The notes below the pieces were generated by a model. It was not told where the DNA came from. It saw only the letters and a program-made list of their open reading frames with translations, and searched no databases. From an uncultured Gammaproteobacteria bacterium (GTDB taxonomy: Bacteria > Pseudomonadota > Gammaproteobacteria > UBA9214): a stretch of 64,000 bases of DNA. The DNA is taken from NCBI GenBank assembly GCA_963748215.1, contig CAVVHS010000005.1, forward strand, positions 225,771 to 289,770. Direction: 5' to 3'. Made by a program: the position numbers and the translations under genes. Positions 29,924 through 42,448 of the stretch are shown here, in pieces. Every line of letters starts with the position of its first letter. The stretch's first letter is position 1.

Positions 29924-31396
29924 CTACATTGGCACGACGTCATACTGTTCCTGCGTGTAGAGGGTTTCCACCTGGAAGCGAATGGGCTTGTCGATGAAGA
30001 CTTCGAGTTCCGCCAGACTGGAGGACTCCTCGTCCAGCAACAGGTCGACGACCTCCTGCGAGGCCAGCACCAGCAACTGCTGCACGTCGAACTGGCGCGA
30101 GGCACGCAGGATTTCCCGGAAGATCTCGTAACAGGTGGTCTCCGCGGTCTTCAGCGAGGCCCGGCCGTTGCAGGTCGGGCAAACCTCGCACATGACGTGT
30201 TCCAGGCTCTCGCTGGTACGCTTGCGCGTCATCTCCACCAGTCCCAGCGAGGACACCTCGCTGATCTGGGTCCTGGCGTGGTCCTTTTCGAGGCATTTCT
30301 CCAGCATGCGCAGCACCTGGCGCTTGTGCTCCGCATCCTGCATGTCGATGAAATCGATGATGATGATGCCGCCCAGGTTGCGCAGGCGCAGCTGGCGGGC
30401 GATGGCCTGAGCCGCTTCCAGGTTGGTCTTGAAAATGGTTTCTTCCAGGTTGCGGTGCCCGACGTAGCCGCCGGTATTGACATCGGCCGTGGTCATCGCC
30501 TCGGTCTGGTCGAGGATCAGGTAGCCGCCGGACTTGAGCTGCACCTTGCGGTCGAGCGCCTTCTGTATCTCGTCCTCGATGGCGTAGATATCGAAGATGG
30601 GGCGCTCGCCGGGATAGTATTCCAGCTGCGTCTGCATACCCGGCATGAAGCGCTCGCAGAATTCGTGCGCACGCTGGAAACTCTCGCGCGAATCGATGCG
30701 CACACGCTCGATGTTGTCACCCAGCATGTCGCGCATCACGCGAATCGTCAGCGGCAGATCACCGTAGACCAGCTTGCCGGCCTTGCTGACGGCGAGCGTT
30801 TCCGAAATCGACAGCCACAGCTTGCGCAGAAACAGCATGTCCGCGCGCAAGGCCTCGGCGCTGGCCCCCTCGGCGGCGGTGCGGGCGATGTAGCCACCGC
30901 CTTCCTGTTCTGACATGAACAACTGGATAACATCACGCAGGCGCACGCGCTCGTTTTCTGTCTCGATCTTTTGCGAGATACCGACATTGTCGACATTCGG
31001 TATGAACACCAGGTAGCGCGATGGAAGGGTGATCTGCGTGGCCAGCCGTGCGCCCTTGGTACCCAGCGGATCCTTGATGACCTGCACGCAGATCTCCTGG
31101 CCTTCGCGCAGCATGTCGCTGATGTCCTTGCCGGTACTGCCGCCGACATCGGCGTCGGCCGCGTCTTCACGGCGCCCGATATCGGAGGCATGCAGAAAGG
31201 CCGCGCGTTCCAGCCCCACATCGACGAAGGCGGCCTGCATGCCGGGCAGCACGCGGCACACCTTGCCCTTGTAGATATTCCCGACCAACCCGCGCCGGCG
31301 CGCACGCTCGATGAAGATCTCCTGCAGCACACCGTTTTCCACGACGGCCACACGGGTCTCCCGCGGGGTGACATTGATCAGTATTTCCTCGCTCAT
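29924..31396 (-). CDS. rng: Ribonuclease G
   Basis: GNIYKGKV.RVLPGMQAAFVD, DVNTG, RLRNLGGIIIIDFIDM. Confidence 0.97.
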   Translation of the reverse strand: MSEEILINVTPRETRVAVVENGVLQEIFIERARRRGLVGNIYKGKVCRVLPGMQAAFVDVGLERAAFLHASDIGRREDAADADVGGSTGKDISDMLREGQEICVQVIKDPLGTKGARLATQITLPSRYLVFIPNVDNVGISQKIETENERVRLRDVIQLFMSEQEGGGYIARTAAEGASAEALRADMLFLRKLWLSISETLAVSKAGKLVYGDLPLTIRVMRDMLGDNIERVRIDSRESFQRAHEFCERFMPGMQTQLEYYPGERPIFDIYAIEDEIQKALDRKVQLKSGGYLILDQTEAMTTADVNTGGYVGHRNLEETIFKTNLEAAQAIARQLRLRNLGGIIIIDFIDMQDAEHKRQVLRMLEKCLEKDHARTQISEVSSLGLVEMTRKRTSESLEHVMCEVCPTCNGRASLKTAETTCYEIFREILRASRQFDVQQLLVLASQEVVDLLLDEESSSLAELEVFIDKPIRFQVETLYTQEQYDVVPM

Positions 31397-31461
31397 GCCG
31401 TCCCTGCCTGTCCAGATGGATGATTGTTATCCGGCATCACGCCGTGCGTGCCACAGGGCAC

Positions 31462-31718
31462 CTAGCCCGCATTTCTCACCGGGATCCCGGATGCTGGTCG
31501 CTCCCGGCGGTCGCTACGGGCATGGCCCAGGCCAGCCTCTCGACCGGTTCCCGGTCTCACCTTCTCCTTGTACATCGCAAGTATGGGCGCGCGAGAACCA
31601 GCCAGGGCCGGGTTAGGCAATGGCCGATAACACACTCTTTTTTGCCGAGCGGGTATTAGCTTCATGGTTTCAGCTCATTATGCCGGATAACCGCCGCCCG
31701 GTGAGAAATTCGGGCTAG
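31462..31718. mobile_element. 257-bp MITE-like element between maf and rng
   Basis: TIRs CTAGCCCGCATTTCTCACCGGG / CCCGGTGAGAAATTCGGGCTAG (21/22); the right end overlaps the maf TAG; partial second copy at 51984-52037. Confidence 0.82.
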
Positions 31719-32302
31719 ATTACCGTGATCCCTGATTCTTTCAACAACTCCGCGGTTTCGTACAAGGGCAGCCCCATCACCCCCGAGTAACTGCCCTCGA
31801 TGCGCGCGATGAACACGGCGGCCAGACCCTGGATAGCATAGGCACCCGCCTTGTCGGCCGGTTCCCCCGTTGCCCAGTATGCCGCGCATTCCCGACCTGT
31901 TAGCGTGCGAAAGGTCACGCGGCTGGCGCTGACACGCACGGCCTCGCCGCTTGCGCCGGCCAGCGCCACGGCACTCAGGACTTCGTGCGTGGTGCCGGAC
32001 AGGCGCTGCAGCATCGCAATGGCGGCGGCACGGTTCGCGGGCTTGCCAAGCACCTCGCCCGCGATGACCACGCTGGTATCGGCGCCAAGCACGGGGACAT
32101 GATCACCGGTGGCCAGCGCGGCACGCCCGGCACGCGCCTTGTCCAGCGCGACGCGCGTGACATAGTCGCTGGCGCACTCGCCGGCATGCAACTGCTCGTC
32201 GACCTCGACGGACAACACTGCATGGGAGACACCGATCTGCCCGAGCAGTTCACGGCGCCGTGGTGATTGCGAGGCCAGGTAGATGACCGGGTTCGATGTC
32301 AT
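31715..32302 (-). CDS. maf: Maf/YhdE nucleoside triphosphate pyrophosphatase
   Basis: LASQSPRRRELL, GADT, DKAGAYAIQG, GSYSGVMGLP. Confidence 0.96.
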   Translation of the reverse strand: MTSNPVIYLASQSPRRRELLGQIGVSHAVLSVEVDEQLHAGECASDYVTRVALDKARAGRAALATGDHVPVLGADTSVVIAGEVLGKPANRAAAIAMLQRLSGTTHEVLSAVALAGASGEAVRVSASRVTFRTLTGRECAAYWATGEPADKAGAYAIQGLAAVFIARIEGSYSGVMGLPLYETAELLKESGITVI

Positions 32303-32342
32303 GCAGTATCAGCTTCCGGGACCGGCCGGTGGTTCAATCCTG

Positions 32343-32813
32343 TCACGACCGGTGATAGGGATGGCCGCTGCCCAGCGTCCAGGCACGGTACAGCTGCTCG
32401 GCCAGCAGTACGCGCACCAGGGCATGCGGAAACGTGAGCGGCGACAGCGACCAGCTTGCATCGGCGCGCGCCAGGCAGTCCGGCGCCAGGCCGTCCGGGC
32501 CACCCACCAGCAGGGCGACGTCGCGCCCGGCGCCGAGCCAGTCCTGCAGCTGCCCGGCCAGGGTCTCGGTACTCCAGCCCTGCCCGCGTACGTCCAGGGC
32601 GATGACCCGGCACTCCCTGGGCAACGCCGCCAGCATCTGCCGGCCTTCCTGCTCGCGCGCCTGGGCCACGCTCGCGGATTTGCCACGCCGGCCGGGCGCG
32701 ATCTCGACCAGCAGCAGGCTGCATTCCCGCGGCATGCGTTTGGTGTACTCCTGGTAGCCCGCCGTCACCCAGGCCGGCATGCGCGTGCCGACGGCAATCA
32801 GGTGAATACGCAC
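32343..32813 (-). CDS. rlmH: 23S rRNA m3Psi1915 methyltransferase
   Basis: GTG start, IAVGTRMP.WV, GGPDGL, EQLYRA...GHPYHR. Confidence 0.96.
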   Translation of the reverse strand: MRIHLIAVGTRMPAWVTAGYQEYTKRMPRECSLLLVEIAPGRRGKSASVAQAREQEGRQMLAALPRECRVIALDVRGQGWSTETLAGQLQDWLGAGRDVALLVGGPDGLAPDCLARADASWSLSPLTFPHALVRVLLAEQLYRAWTLGSGHPYHRS

Positions 32814-32823
32814 CTGATTGCCG

Positions 32824-33222
32824 TCAGCGTTCGCTGTCCGCGGCGGAGCGTTGCTCACCGCCGACAGACCACAGCTTCTCCAGGGCGTAGAAGTCACGCA
32901 CTTCCGGCATCATGACGTGCACCACCACGTCTCCCAGGTCGACCAGGATCCACTCCGAGCCCTTGTCGCCCTCCACGCCCGGCGTCCGCACGCCGATCTT
33001 CTTCGCCTCCTGTGCGACATTGTCGGCCGCCGCCTTGATATGGCGAGTCGAGGTGCCGCCGGCGATCACCATCAAATCGGTGATCGAGGTCATGTCGCGC
33101 ACGTCGATGATCCGGATGTCGACAGCCTTCATGTCTTCCAGCGCCTGCAGCGTGACCTCGAGCAGTCGTGCCGTGCGCGGATCCATGTTATCCGCCTGAC
33201 GTGTGTCTGTTGATTTGTCCAT
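32824..33222 (-). CDS. rsfS: Ribosome silencing factor
   Basis: LEDMKA.DI, WILVDLGDVVVHVM..R.FY.LEKLW; start could be 33186. Confidence 0.95.
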   Translation of the reverse strand: MDKSTDTRQADNMDPRTARLLEVTLQALEDMKAVDIRIIDVRDMTSITDLMVIAGGTSTRHIKAAADNVAQEAKKIGVRTPGVEGDKGSEWILVDLGDVVVHVMMPEVRDFYALEKLWSVGGEQRSAADSER

Positions 33223-33858
33223 TCAGCCGCCCGTTGTATACAAGTTCTGTTCCCGGATAAGTGCCAGCACCGGGTCCGGCAGCAGGAAGTCCGCCGCCTC
33301 GCCCCGACCCAGCAGTGCCCGTATATGTGTGCCGGAGATCTCGAGCTGGCTGACCTCCTGGAAATACAGCAGCCCGGTCGAATGCATACGCAGCGCCGCG
33401 GGATCGAGCACGCGATGCAGGCCGATGAAGGTGCCCAGTTCGCCGCGTTCCGGGAAGGTTGCGCCCGGTCGTGTCATCACAACGATATGGCAGTGGTCGA
33501 TCAGCTCGTGCCAGCGATGCCAGCTGGTCAGGCCGCGGAACGCGTCCATACCGAGCAGCAGGCACAGGTCAACACCCTTGATGTCCGCATGCAGTGACAG
33601 CAGCGTATCGAGCGTGTAGGACGGTCCGTCCCGGTGCAGCTCGCGCTCGTCGATCACGAATCCTGCATGGCCCGCAATCGCACCCTGCAGCATCGTCAAC
33701 CGCTGCCGGGCCGATGCGAACGGTTGCGGCCGGTGCGGCGGCACGCTGCAGGGAATCAGGCGGATTTCGTCCAGGCCCAGCGCCTGCCTGGCCTCCAGGG
33801 CCGGGCGCAGGTGTCCGAAATGAACCGGGTCGAAGGTGCCGCCGAGGATGCCGATCAT
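33223..33858 (-). CDS. nadD: Nicotinate-nucleotide adenylyltransferase
   Basis: GGTFDPVHFGH, GPSYTLDTL, ISGT.IR. Confidence 0.96.
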   Translation of the reverse strand: MIGILGGTFDPVHFGHLRPALEARQALGLDEIRLIPCSVPPHRPQPFASARQRLTMLQGAIAGHAGFVIDERELHRDGPSYTLDTLLSLHADIKGVDLCLLLGMDAFRGLTSWHRWHELIDHCHIVVMTRPGATFPERGELGTFIGLHRVLDPAALRMHSTGLLYFQEVSQLEISGTHIRALLGRGEAADFLLPDPVLALIREQNLYTTGG

Positions 33859-33963
33859 GCAGTCAGCTACAGCAAACCGGCAACGTGCAGCCGCCGGACG
33901 ATGGAATCGCACCGCGCCCCGCATCGGGCAGCCGTGCCGGTATGGGCAGCGCAGCCATACACA

Positions 33964-35247
33964 TCAGGTCCTGACATGGCCGTCGCCGATGACGATATAC
34001 TTCAGCGTGGTCAGCCCTTCCAGCCCGACCGGGCCGCGTGCGTGCAGCTTGTCGGTGCTGATGCCGATCTCCGCGCCGAGCCCGTATTCGAAACCGTCCG
34101 CAAAACGGCTCGAGGCATTCACCATCACCGAGCTCGAATCCACCTCGCGCAGAAAGCGCTGCGCCTGCACCAGCGACTCGGTGATGATGACATCGGTGTG
34201 ATTCGAACCGTGTATGGCGATGTGTTCGATGGCCGCATCGATGTCGTCGACCACGCGGATCGCCAGGATCGGTGCGAGGTATTCCTCGTCCCAGTCCGCC
34301 TCGGTGGCGGCCTTGATGTCCGGGAGAACCGCACGGGTGCGCTCGCAGCCACGCAGCTCGACGCCGGCCTGCATGTATTGCTCCGCCAGTGGCGGCAGTA
34401 CACGCGGCGCGATGTCCTGTGCCACCAGCAGTGTCTCCATGGTGTTGCAGGTGCCGTAACGCTGGGTCTTGGCATTGAAGGCGACGCGGACCGCCTTGTC
34501 GAGGTCGGCGCTGGCATCGATATAGGTGTGGCAGACACCGTGCAGGTGCTTGATCACCGGCACCCTTGCCTCGGCGCTGATGCGCTCGATAAGCCCCTTG
34601 CCGCCGCGCGGCACGATCACATCGACATACGCTTTCATGCGAACCAGCTCGCCGACGGCGGCGCGGTCGGTAGTCTCAACCACCTGCACCGCATCGGCCG
34701 GCAGACCGGCGGCGGTCAGCCCCGCGTGGATGCACTTCGAGATCGCCTGGTTGGAATGCAGCGCCTCCGAACCGCCGCGCAGGATGGCGGCGTTGCCGGA
34801 CTTCAGGCACAGGCCGGCAGCGTCCGCCGTGACGTTCGGGCGCGATTCGTAGATGATGCCGATGACGCCGATCGGCACGCGCATCCGCCCGACCTGGATG
34901 CCGGACGGACGGAACTTCATGTCGCTGATACTGCCGACCGGGTCCGGCAGCAGCGCGATCTCGCGCAGCCCCTCCGCCATGGCGGCTATCCGGTCATCGT
35001 TGAGCTCCAGGCGGTCCAGCAACGCGGCATCCAGACCGTGCTGGCGACCGGCCTCGAGGTCCCGGGCATTCTCGGCCTTCAGCGTCCCGGCGGCGGCCTC
35101 GATGGCCCCGGCGATGGCGAGCAGCGCGGCATCCTTTTTGCCGGTATCCGCGCGGCTCATGGCACGTGCGGCGGCGCGCGCGCGTTGTCCGACCGTCTGC
35201 ATGTATGCGGCCACGTCGAACTGCATGGATTCAGCCTTTGCACTCAT
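33964..35247 (-). CDS. proA: Gamma-glutamyl phosphate reductase
   Basis: [38 protein letters not shown]. Confidence 0.97.
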   Translation of the reverse strand: MSAKAESMQFDVAAYMQTVGQRARAAARAMSRADTGKKDAALLAIAGAIEAAAGTLKAENARDLEAGRQHGLDAALLDRLELNDDRIAAMAEGLREIALLPDPVGSISDMKFRPSGIQVGRMRVPIGVIGIIYESRPNVTADAAGLCLKSGNAAILRGGSEALHSNQAISKCIHAGLTAAGLPADAVQVVETTDRAAVGELVRMKAYVDVIVPRGGKGLIERISAEARVPVIKHLHGVCHTYIDASADLDKAVRVAFNAKTQRYGTCNTMETLLVAQDIAPRVLPPLAEQYMQAGVELRGCERTRAVLPDIKAATEADWDEEYLAPILAIRVVDDIDAAIEHIAIHGSNHTDVIITESLVQAQRFLREVDSSSVMVNASSRFADGFEYGLGAEIGISTDKLHARGPVGLEGLTTLKYIVIGDGHVRT

Positions 35248-35258
35248 AATGAATATCT

Positions 35259-36302
35259 TCAGCCCGCCTGTTCCAGTTGGCGCGGATCGGCCAGCGTCGG
35301 CTGGCCCGCCAGTTGCATGGTCAATTGTAACAGCTCATCCCAGGCGTTGCCCGTCGCCCGCCCCTTGCAGACGCGGTCGATGGCGGCGCAGTGCCGCAGT
35401 AGCCGGGCGCAGCCGGGGGCCGACAGCCGCTGCAGGGCGGCCCCGACCACGTCCTTGCGGTTGGCCCAGACCCGGTAGCGGGCCAGCACCCCGGCAATCG
35501 ACTGTCCCTTGCGTATTTCCGCCGTCATGGCCGCGAGCTGGCGCAGCTCGCGGGCCAGCGCCCAGAGCACCACCGGCGGCGCCACCCCCTCCGCCTGCAG
35601 GCCGTTGAGGATGCGCACACTGCGTGTTGCCTTGCCGGCCAGCGCGGCATCCACCAGGGTGTACACATCGAAGCGGGCGTGGTCCGCGACAAGGCCGGCA
35701 ATGGCATCGGCATCGACCGGTCCCGCACCCCGCAGCAGGTACAGCTTGTCGATCTCCTGCACACAGGCCAGCAGGTTGCCTTCCACCCGCTCCGCCAGCA
35801 TCTGCACAGCAATCGCGCTCGGCTGCAGCCCGCGCTTGCGCATCCGCGCCTGCACCCAGCCGTTGAATTCCTGTGCATTAAGCGGCCAGACAAAGACCGC
35901 CACGCCGGCCTGTTCGAGCGCCTGTACCCACTTGCTCTTGCGCGCGGACGGGTCGAGCTTGCCGGCCGTGATGAGCAACAGGATGTCTTCCGGCGCCTGC
36001 GCCACGAATTCGCGCAGCGCCTTCGCGCCGGCCTCGCCGGGCTTGCCGGTCGGTATGCGCAGATCGATGATACGACGCTGCGCGAACAGCGACAGGTTGC
36101 CGGCCTGGGCCAGCAGGCTGTTCCAGTCGAAGCCTGCCTGCACGGTCATCACGTCGCGTTCGTCGTAACCCTGCGTGCGCGCCGCGGCGCGCACGGCATC
36201 GGCCGCTTCCAGTACGCGCAGCGGTTCGTCGCCGCTGATAAAATATACCGGCGCGAGTTTGTTCTTCAGGTGTGCGTCGAGCTGTTCGGGCTTGAGTTGC
36301 AT
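35259..36302 (-). CDS. holA: DNA polymerase III delta subunit
   Basis: [30 protein letters not shown]. Confidence 0.95.
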   Translation of the reverse strand: MQLKPEQLDAHLKNKLAPVYFISGDEPLRVLEAADAVRAAARTQGYDERDVMTVQAGFDWNSLLAQAGNLSLFAQRRIIDLRIPTGKPGEAGAKALREFVAQAPEDILLLITAGKLDPSARKSKWVQALEQAGVAVFVWPLNAQEFNGWVQARMRKRGLQPSAIAVQMLAERVEGNLLACVQEIDKLYLLRGAGPVDADAIAGLVADHARFDVYTLVDAALAGKATRSVRILNGLQAEGVAPPVVLWALARELRQLAAMTAEIRKGQSIAGVLARYRVWANRKDVVGAALQRLSAPGCARLLRHCAAIDRVCKGRATGNAWDELLQLTMQLAGQPTLADPRQLEQAG

Positions 36303-36339
36303 GGCCGTGGCGGATTCGGTTAGCGGCGGTTTCGGCTTG

Positions 36340-36825
36340 CTATCTGGCCGCGGCGGCGATGCGCAGCATGGCCATGTTGACGATATTTTCCTGCAGTGTG
36401 GCACGCACCACCTGCTCCTCGCGCTGCTTGCCAAGCACGTCGGTGCTGCTGAAGATGTAATCGCGGCTGAGGGCAACGGTCTGCTCCTCAACCACCGGCC
36501 GGCCGTCGGGGGTCGCCACCCGAAAGCGGATACTCTGGCGGATTTGATATTCCAGCACGTTGCCGTTGATGTCCACCGACAGCACCTGCTTGTCGGTCGT
36601 GTCCTGCGTGACGTGCAGCACGGCCGTCGCGTACTGTTGCCGGTCGGTCACAGCGACGCCACGCTGGCGCAGGGCCAGGCTGAAATCCTCGGTCAGCGTA
36701 CCGAACGGCCGGACGCCCGTGATGAAAGTGACCGACATGTCGGCCGGCAGGTCCGCGCTGCCGCGCAGGTGAAAACCGCAGCCGGCCAACAGCGCCGCCA
36801 GCAATAGCAATACGGGAAATTTCAC
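36340..36825 (-). CDS. lptE: LPS assembly lipoprotein LptE
   Basis: Lipobox LAGC followed by GFHLRG; leuS-lptE-holA synteny; start GTG 36825 or ATG 36894. Confidence 0.92.
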   Translation of the reverse strand: MKFPVLLLLAALLAGCGFHLRGSADLPADMSVTFITGVRPFGTLTEDFSLALRQRGVAVTDRQQYATAVLHVTQDTTDKQVLSVDINGNVLEYQIRQSIRFRVATPDGRPVVEEQTVALSRDYIFSSTDVLGKQREEQVVRATLQENIVNMAMLRIAAAAR

Positions 36826-36932
36826 AAAATATGTACGATGTCTCAGCAAGTGATTTCCGCTACCAGGCAATGGCCGGGAATACAGTGGTTCCATTTCTTC
36901 CGCGGGTTCTCTGGCTGAATTCAATTTAAATT

Positions 36933-37529
36933 GCCACGGAAGCACACGGAATAACACGGAAAGATTAATTGCAGGATCGTTCCCTGCCATTCTTGTGTCT
37001 CATGGATTGTCAGGCAATCCGGGGGGCAGTGCAATCTCGATAAATAAACTCACGTCGTTATCAGCATTCTGTGTATTTCCGTGTGTTTCCGTGGCCATTA
37101 TCATCGCTCCCGTAATTCACGTTTCACCTTTCACGTCTCACTCAATGGTGCACAGAGTGCACCCTGCATTCTTTCCGTGTTCTTCCGTGGATTTTGTGGC
37201 TGATTTTAAAATGTTTTATGGCCACGGAACCCACGGAAGAACACGGAAATACAAAAAACATGATGGTCTACAGCAAATTCGCATGCCTCGCAGTCTCTCA
37301 TACTATCAAGTCCTGATGAGGAACAAGTGGAACGAAAACCATCATCAGCACGGGAATCACACGGCATAAAAATATCATCATGTCATTTTCCGTTCTGTGT
37401 GTTTCCGTGTGTTTCCGTGGCCATTATCAATCGCACCCGAAATTCACGCTTCACCTTTCACGTCTCACTCAATGGTGCACAGAGTGCACCCTGCATTCTT
37501 TCCGTGTTCTTCCGTGGATTCCGTGGCCG
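36933..37529. repeat. Composite repeat array: two ~135-bp direct repeats and inverted (CACGGAA)3 arms around unique spacers
   Basis: 37067-37202 is nearly identical to 37393-37529; forward arms at 36933-36963 and 37221-37249. Confidence 0.9.
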
Positions 37530-37552
37530 AAATTGTGTTCATATCATCGTTG

Positions 37553-40090
<2,538 letters not shown>

Positions 40091-40148
40091 TCAACTCGCG
40101 GGCACTTTGGTTCACACTTGAACCAGGCTGACAACACGGGATGCAACC

Positions 40149-40679
40149 ATGAAGGACGAAAAAACCAGGCGTGGAAAATGGCTCGCCGCCTACGATGACA
40201 TGATGGCACGGGTCAAGACGGCCCTCGAGGAGGCCGAGGAAAGCACCCTGCCGGTGGTGACCGGCTTCATTGACAAGGCCAAGGAAACCGCGGTCGAGCT
40301 CGAGGAGCTGACCCGGGACGAGGCCGATAAAGTGGCCTACTACCTGCAGCGCGACATGCAGGACGCCGGCAGGCACCTGGCCGAGACGGGCCACGAGCTG
40401 GGCGACTGGCTGCGCTTCGACGTGGAACTGGTCGAGGACCGCCTGCTGGAGATACTGGCGCTGGTCGCCGACCGTACGCGCCTGGAAATGCTGGAGTTCG
40501 AGCACGACGTGGAAGAAGGCCTGGCCTGGCACGCGGGCGAGATCACCGGCCCCGGCTCACTGGCCTGCGACGCCTGCGGTGCCGAGATCCGCTTCAACGC
40601 CACCAGCGAAATCCCGGCCTGCCCGAACTGTGGCCACACCCTCTATCACCGCCCCCAGCCGCATGCGGACAGGGGCTGA
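40149..40679 (+). CDS. Zinc-ribbon protein (DUF1451-like)
   Basis: YLQRD, ADRT.LE, GEITGPG.L.CDAC...CPNCG; commonly found next to leuS/lnt. Confidence 0.82.
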   Translation: MKDEKTRRGKWLAAYDDMMARVKTALEEAEESTLPVVTGFIDKAKETAVELEELTRDEADKVAYYLQRDMQDAGRHLAETGHELGDWLRFDVELVEDRLLEILALVADRTRLEMLEFEHDVEEGLAWHAGEITGPGSLACDACGAEIRFNATSEIPACPNCGHTLYHRPQPHADRG

Positions 40680-40761
40680 CCATAGAAAGGGGGACGGGGC
40701 ATTGACGGCCAGCGGGTGTCCGTCATCCACCCTTTGACCATGTTATTGCCTCCCTTCTTTT

Positions 40762-42285
40762 TTAATTTGTTCCTGTCCCATTTTTCACATCCTGCGGATA
40801 CCGGCGCCGGCCCGGCTTCCCACCGAGGAACACCGCAAGCAGGCACAGCAGCGCCAGTACCAGCGCCGGCGCATTGCCGAACTGCACAAACGGCGTCGTA
40901 CCCTGCATAGGCAGCACGCTGCCTGTCACCACCGCCTGGCTGAACTGCGGGCTACGTGCCGTGATCCGCCCATGGTGGTCGATGATGGCGGAGATGCCGG
41001 TATTGGTCGCGCGCAACAGCGGCCGACCGGTTTCCAGCGCGCGCACGCGCGCGATTTCCAGGTGCTGGTGGGGGGCGAGCGAGTCGCCGAACCAGCCATC
41101 GTTGCTGACGTTGACCAGCAGCGCCGCCTCGGGCACGCTCGCAGCGATCAGGCGGCCGAACGCCACCTCGAAACAGATCGAGGTACCGGCCGGATAACCC
41201 GCCGCCTGCAACAGCGGCTGCCCGGCCGCACCGGGTGTGAAGTCCGCGTTCGGCACCGCCAGCGCGTCGAGCGTATCGCCGATCAGCCAGCGCAACGGCA
41301 GGTATTCGCCGAACGCCACCAGGTGTTGCTTGAAATACAGGCGCTGTTCGCCGTCCAGGGCAAGGATGGCGTTGTAATAGTCCCAGCTGGTGCGGTCCAG
41401 CACCGGGATACCCGTCAGCAGCGAGGACTGCCGCTGCGCCAGTCGTTCCTCGAGCACCGGCAGGTAGCCCTCGTCGACCTCGTGGTAGAACGCCGGAATC
41501 GCGGTTTCCGGCCACACCACCAGGTCAGTGCCCGGCCCGGCAAAGGTCAGTTCGGCATACAGGGCCAACGTACCCTGCATGTTTTCCGGCAACCATTTCT
41601 GTTCCTGCGCGACATTGCCCTGCACCAGACTGACCGTGACGGCATCACCGCGCGGCTGCACCCAGTCGACCCGCCCGAGCAGCCAGCCGCCCGACCAGAT
41701 CGCCGCCAGCAGCAACGCGGTGAGAATGCGCTGTCGCGTATGCAGCAGTGCCAGCAGCAGGCCAGCCGAGAGTGCCACCAGCCAGCCGGCACCGTACTCG
41801 CCCAGCAGCGGCAGGTAGCCGGCCAGCGGGCCATCGACCTGGCTGGCGCCGATATTCAGCCACGGAAACCCGCTGAACAGCCAGCCGCGCAGCCATTCCG
41901 CCAGCAGCCAGCCGGCCGGCATGGCCCCGGCCAGCACGCCCCAGCCCTGCCCCGGCAGGTGGCGCCGCAGCAGGTAACCGAGCAAGGCGGGATACAGCGA
42001 CAGGACCAGGATGAACAATACCGCCACCAGCGCGGCCACGGGCGCCGCCACGTGGCCGTAGGTGTGGATACTGACATACACCCACGAGACGCCGGCTCCG
42101 AAATAGCCGATGCCGAACCAGGCGCCCTGCACGAATGCCTGGCGCGGCGCAGCCCGCCGCCAGCCATGGAACAGCACGGCGAGTGCCAGCACAGCGACGG
42201 GATACCAGCCCAGCGGGGCAAACGCGAGCACGGCCGCCGCGCCGCTGGCAAGCGGCAACAGGGCCCGACGGGAGACGGATATCAT
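40762..42285 (-). CDS. lnt: Apolipoprotein N-acyltransferase
   Basis: GFPWL, WPETA, K.HLV.FGEY.P, ICFE, SNDGWFG, RATNTGIS. Confidence 0.96.
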   Translation of the reverse strand: MISVSRRALLPLASGAAAVLAFAPLGWYPVAVLALAVLFHGWRRAAPRQAFVQGAWFGIGYFGAGVSWVYVSIHTYGHVAAPVAALVAVLFILVLSLYPALLGYLLRRHLPGQGWGVLAGAMPAGWLLAEWLRGWLFSGFPWLNIGASQVDGPLAGYLPLLGEYGAGWLVALSAGLLLALLHTRQRILTALLLAAIWSGGWLLGRVDWVQPRGDAVTVSLVQGNVAQEQKWLPENMQGTLALYAELTFAGPGTDLVVWPETAIPAFYHEVDEGYLPVLEERLAQRQSSLLTGIPVLDRTSWDYYNAILALDGEQRLYFKQHLVAFGEYLPLRWLIGDTLDALAVPNADFTPGAAGQPLLQAAGYPAGTSICFEVAFGRLIAASVPEAALLVNVSNDGWFGDSLAPHQHLEIARVRALETGRPLLRATNTGISAIIDHHGRITARSPQFSQAVVTGSVLPMQGTTPFVQFGNAPALVLALLCLLAVFLGGKPGRRRYPQDVKNGTGTN

Positions 42286-42448
42286 GGTGTCTGCTGTCAC
42301 GTGATTCGGGGTTCGCTGCGGGCCGGGTACCCGCCATCGCATACTGCGCTCTGGCGTGATGTCTGCGGATTATACGATCGGAACGAACACGCGGCCGGGT
42401 TCTTCGCGCCTGCCTGCAAGGGGGTATGTCATCACGCGGCAGCGAGTA

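Noticed and set aside
31715-33222. Absence of mreBCD before maf and of mrdA after rlmH as evidence that the elongasome was lost
   Set aside because: The order rsfS-rlmH-maf-rng is common in non-enteric proteobacteria; those genes are probably elsewhere.
33634-35478. Long antisense ORFs (614 aa here; also 40972-42552, 43911-45278, 48844-50277)
   Set aside because: Shadow ORFs opposite high-GC housekeeping genes, with no recognisable motifs.
36933-37529. CRISPR array
   Set aside because: Only two long composite units with 100-140-bp spacers and internal inverted arms; no 25-45-bp repeat periodicity and no cas genes.
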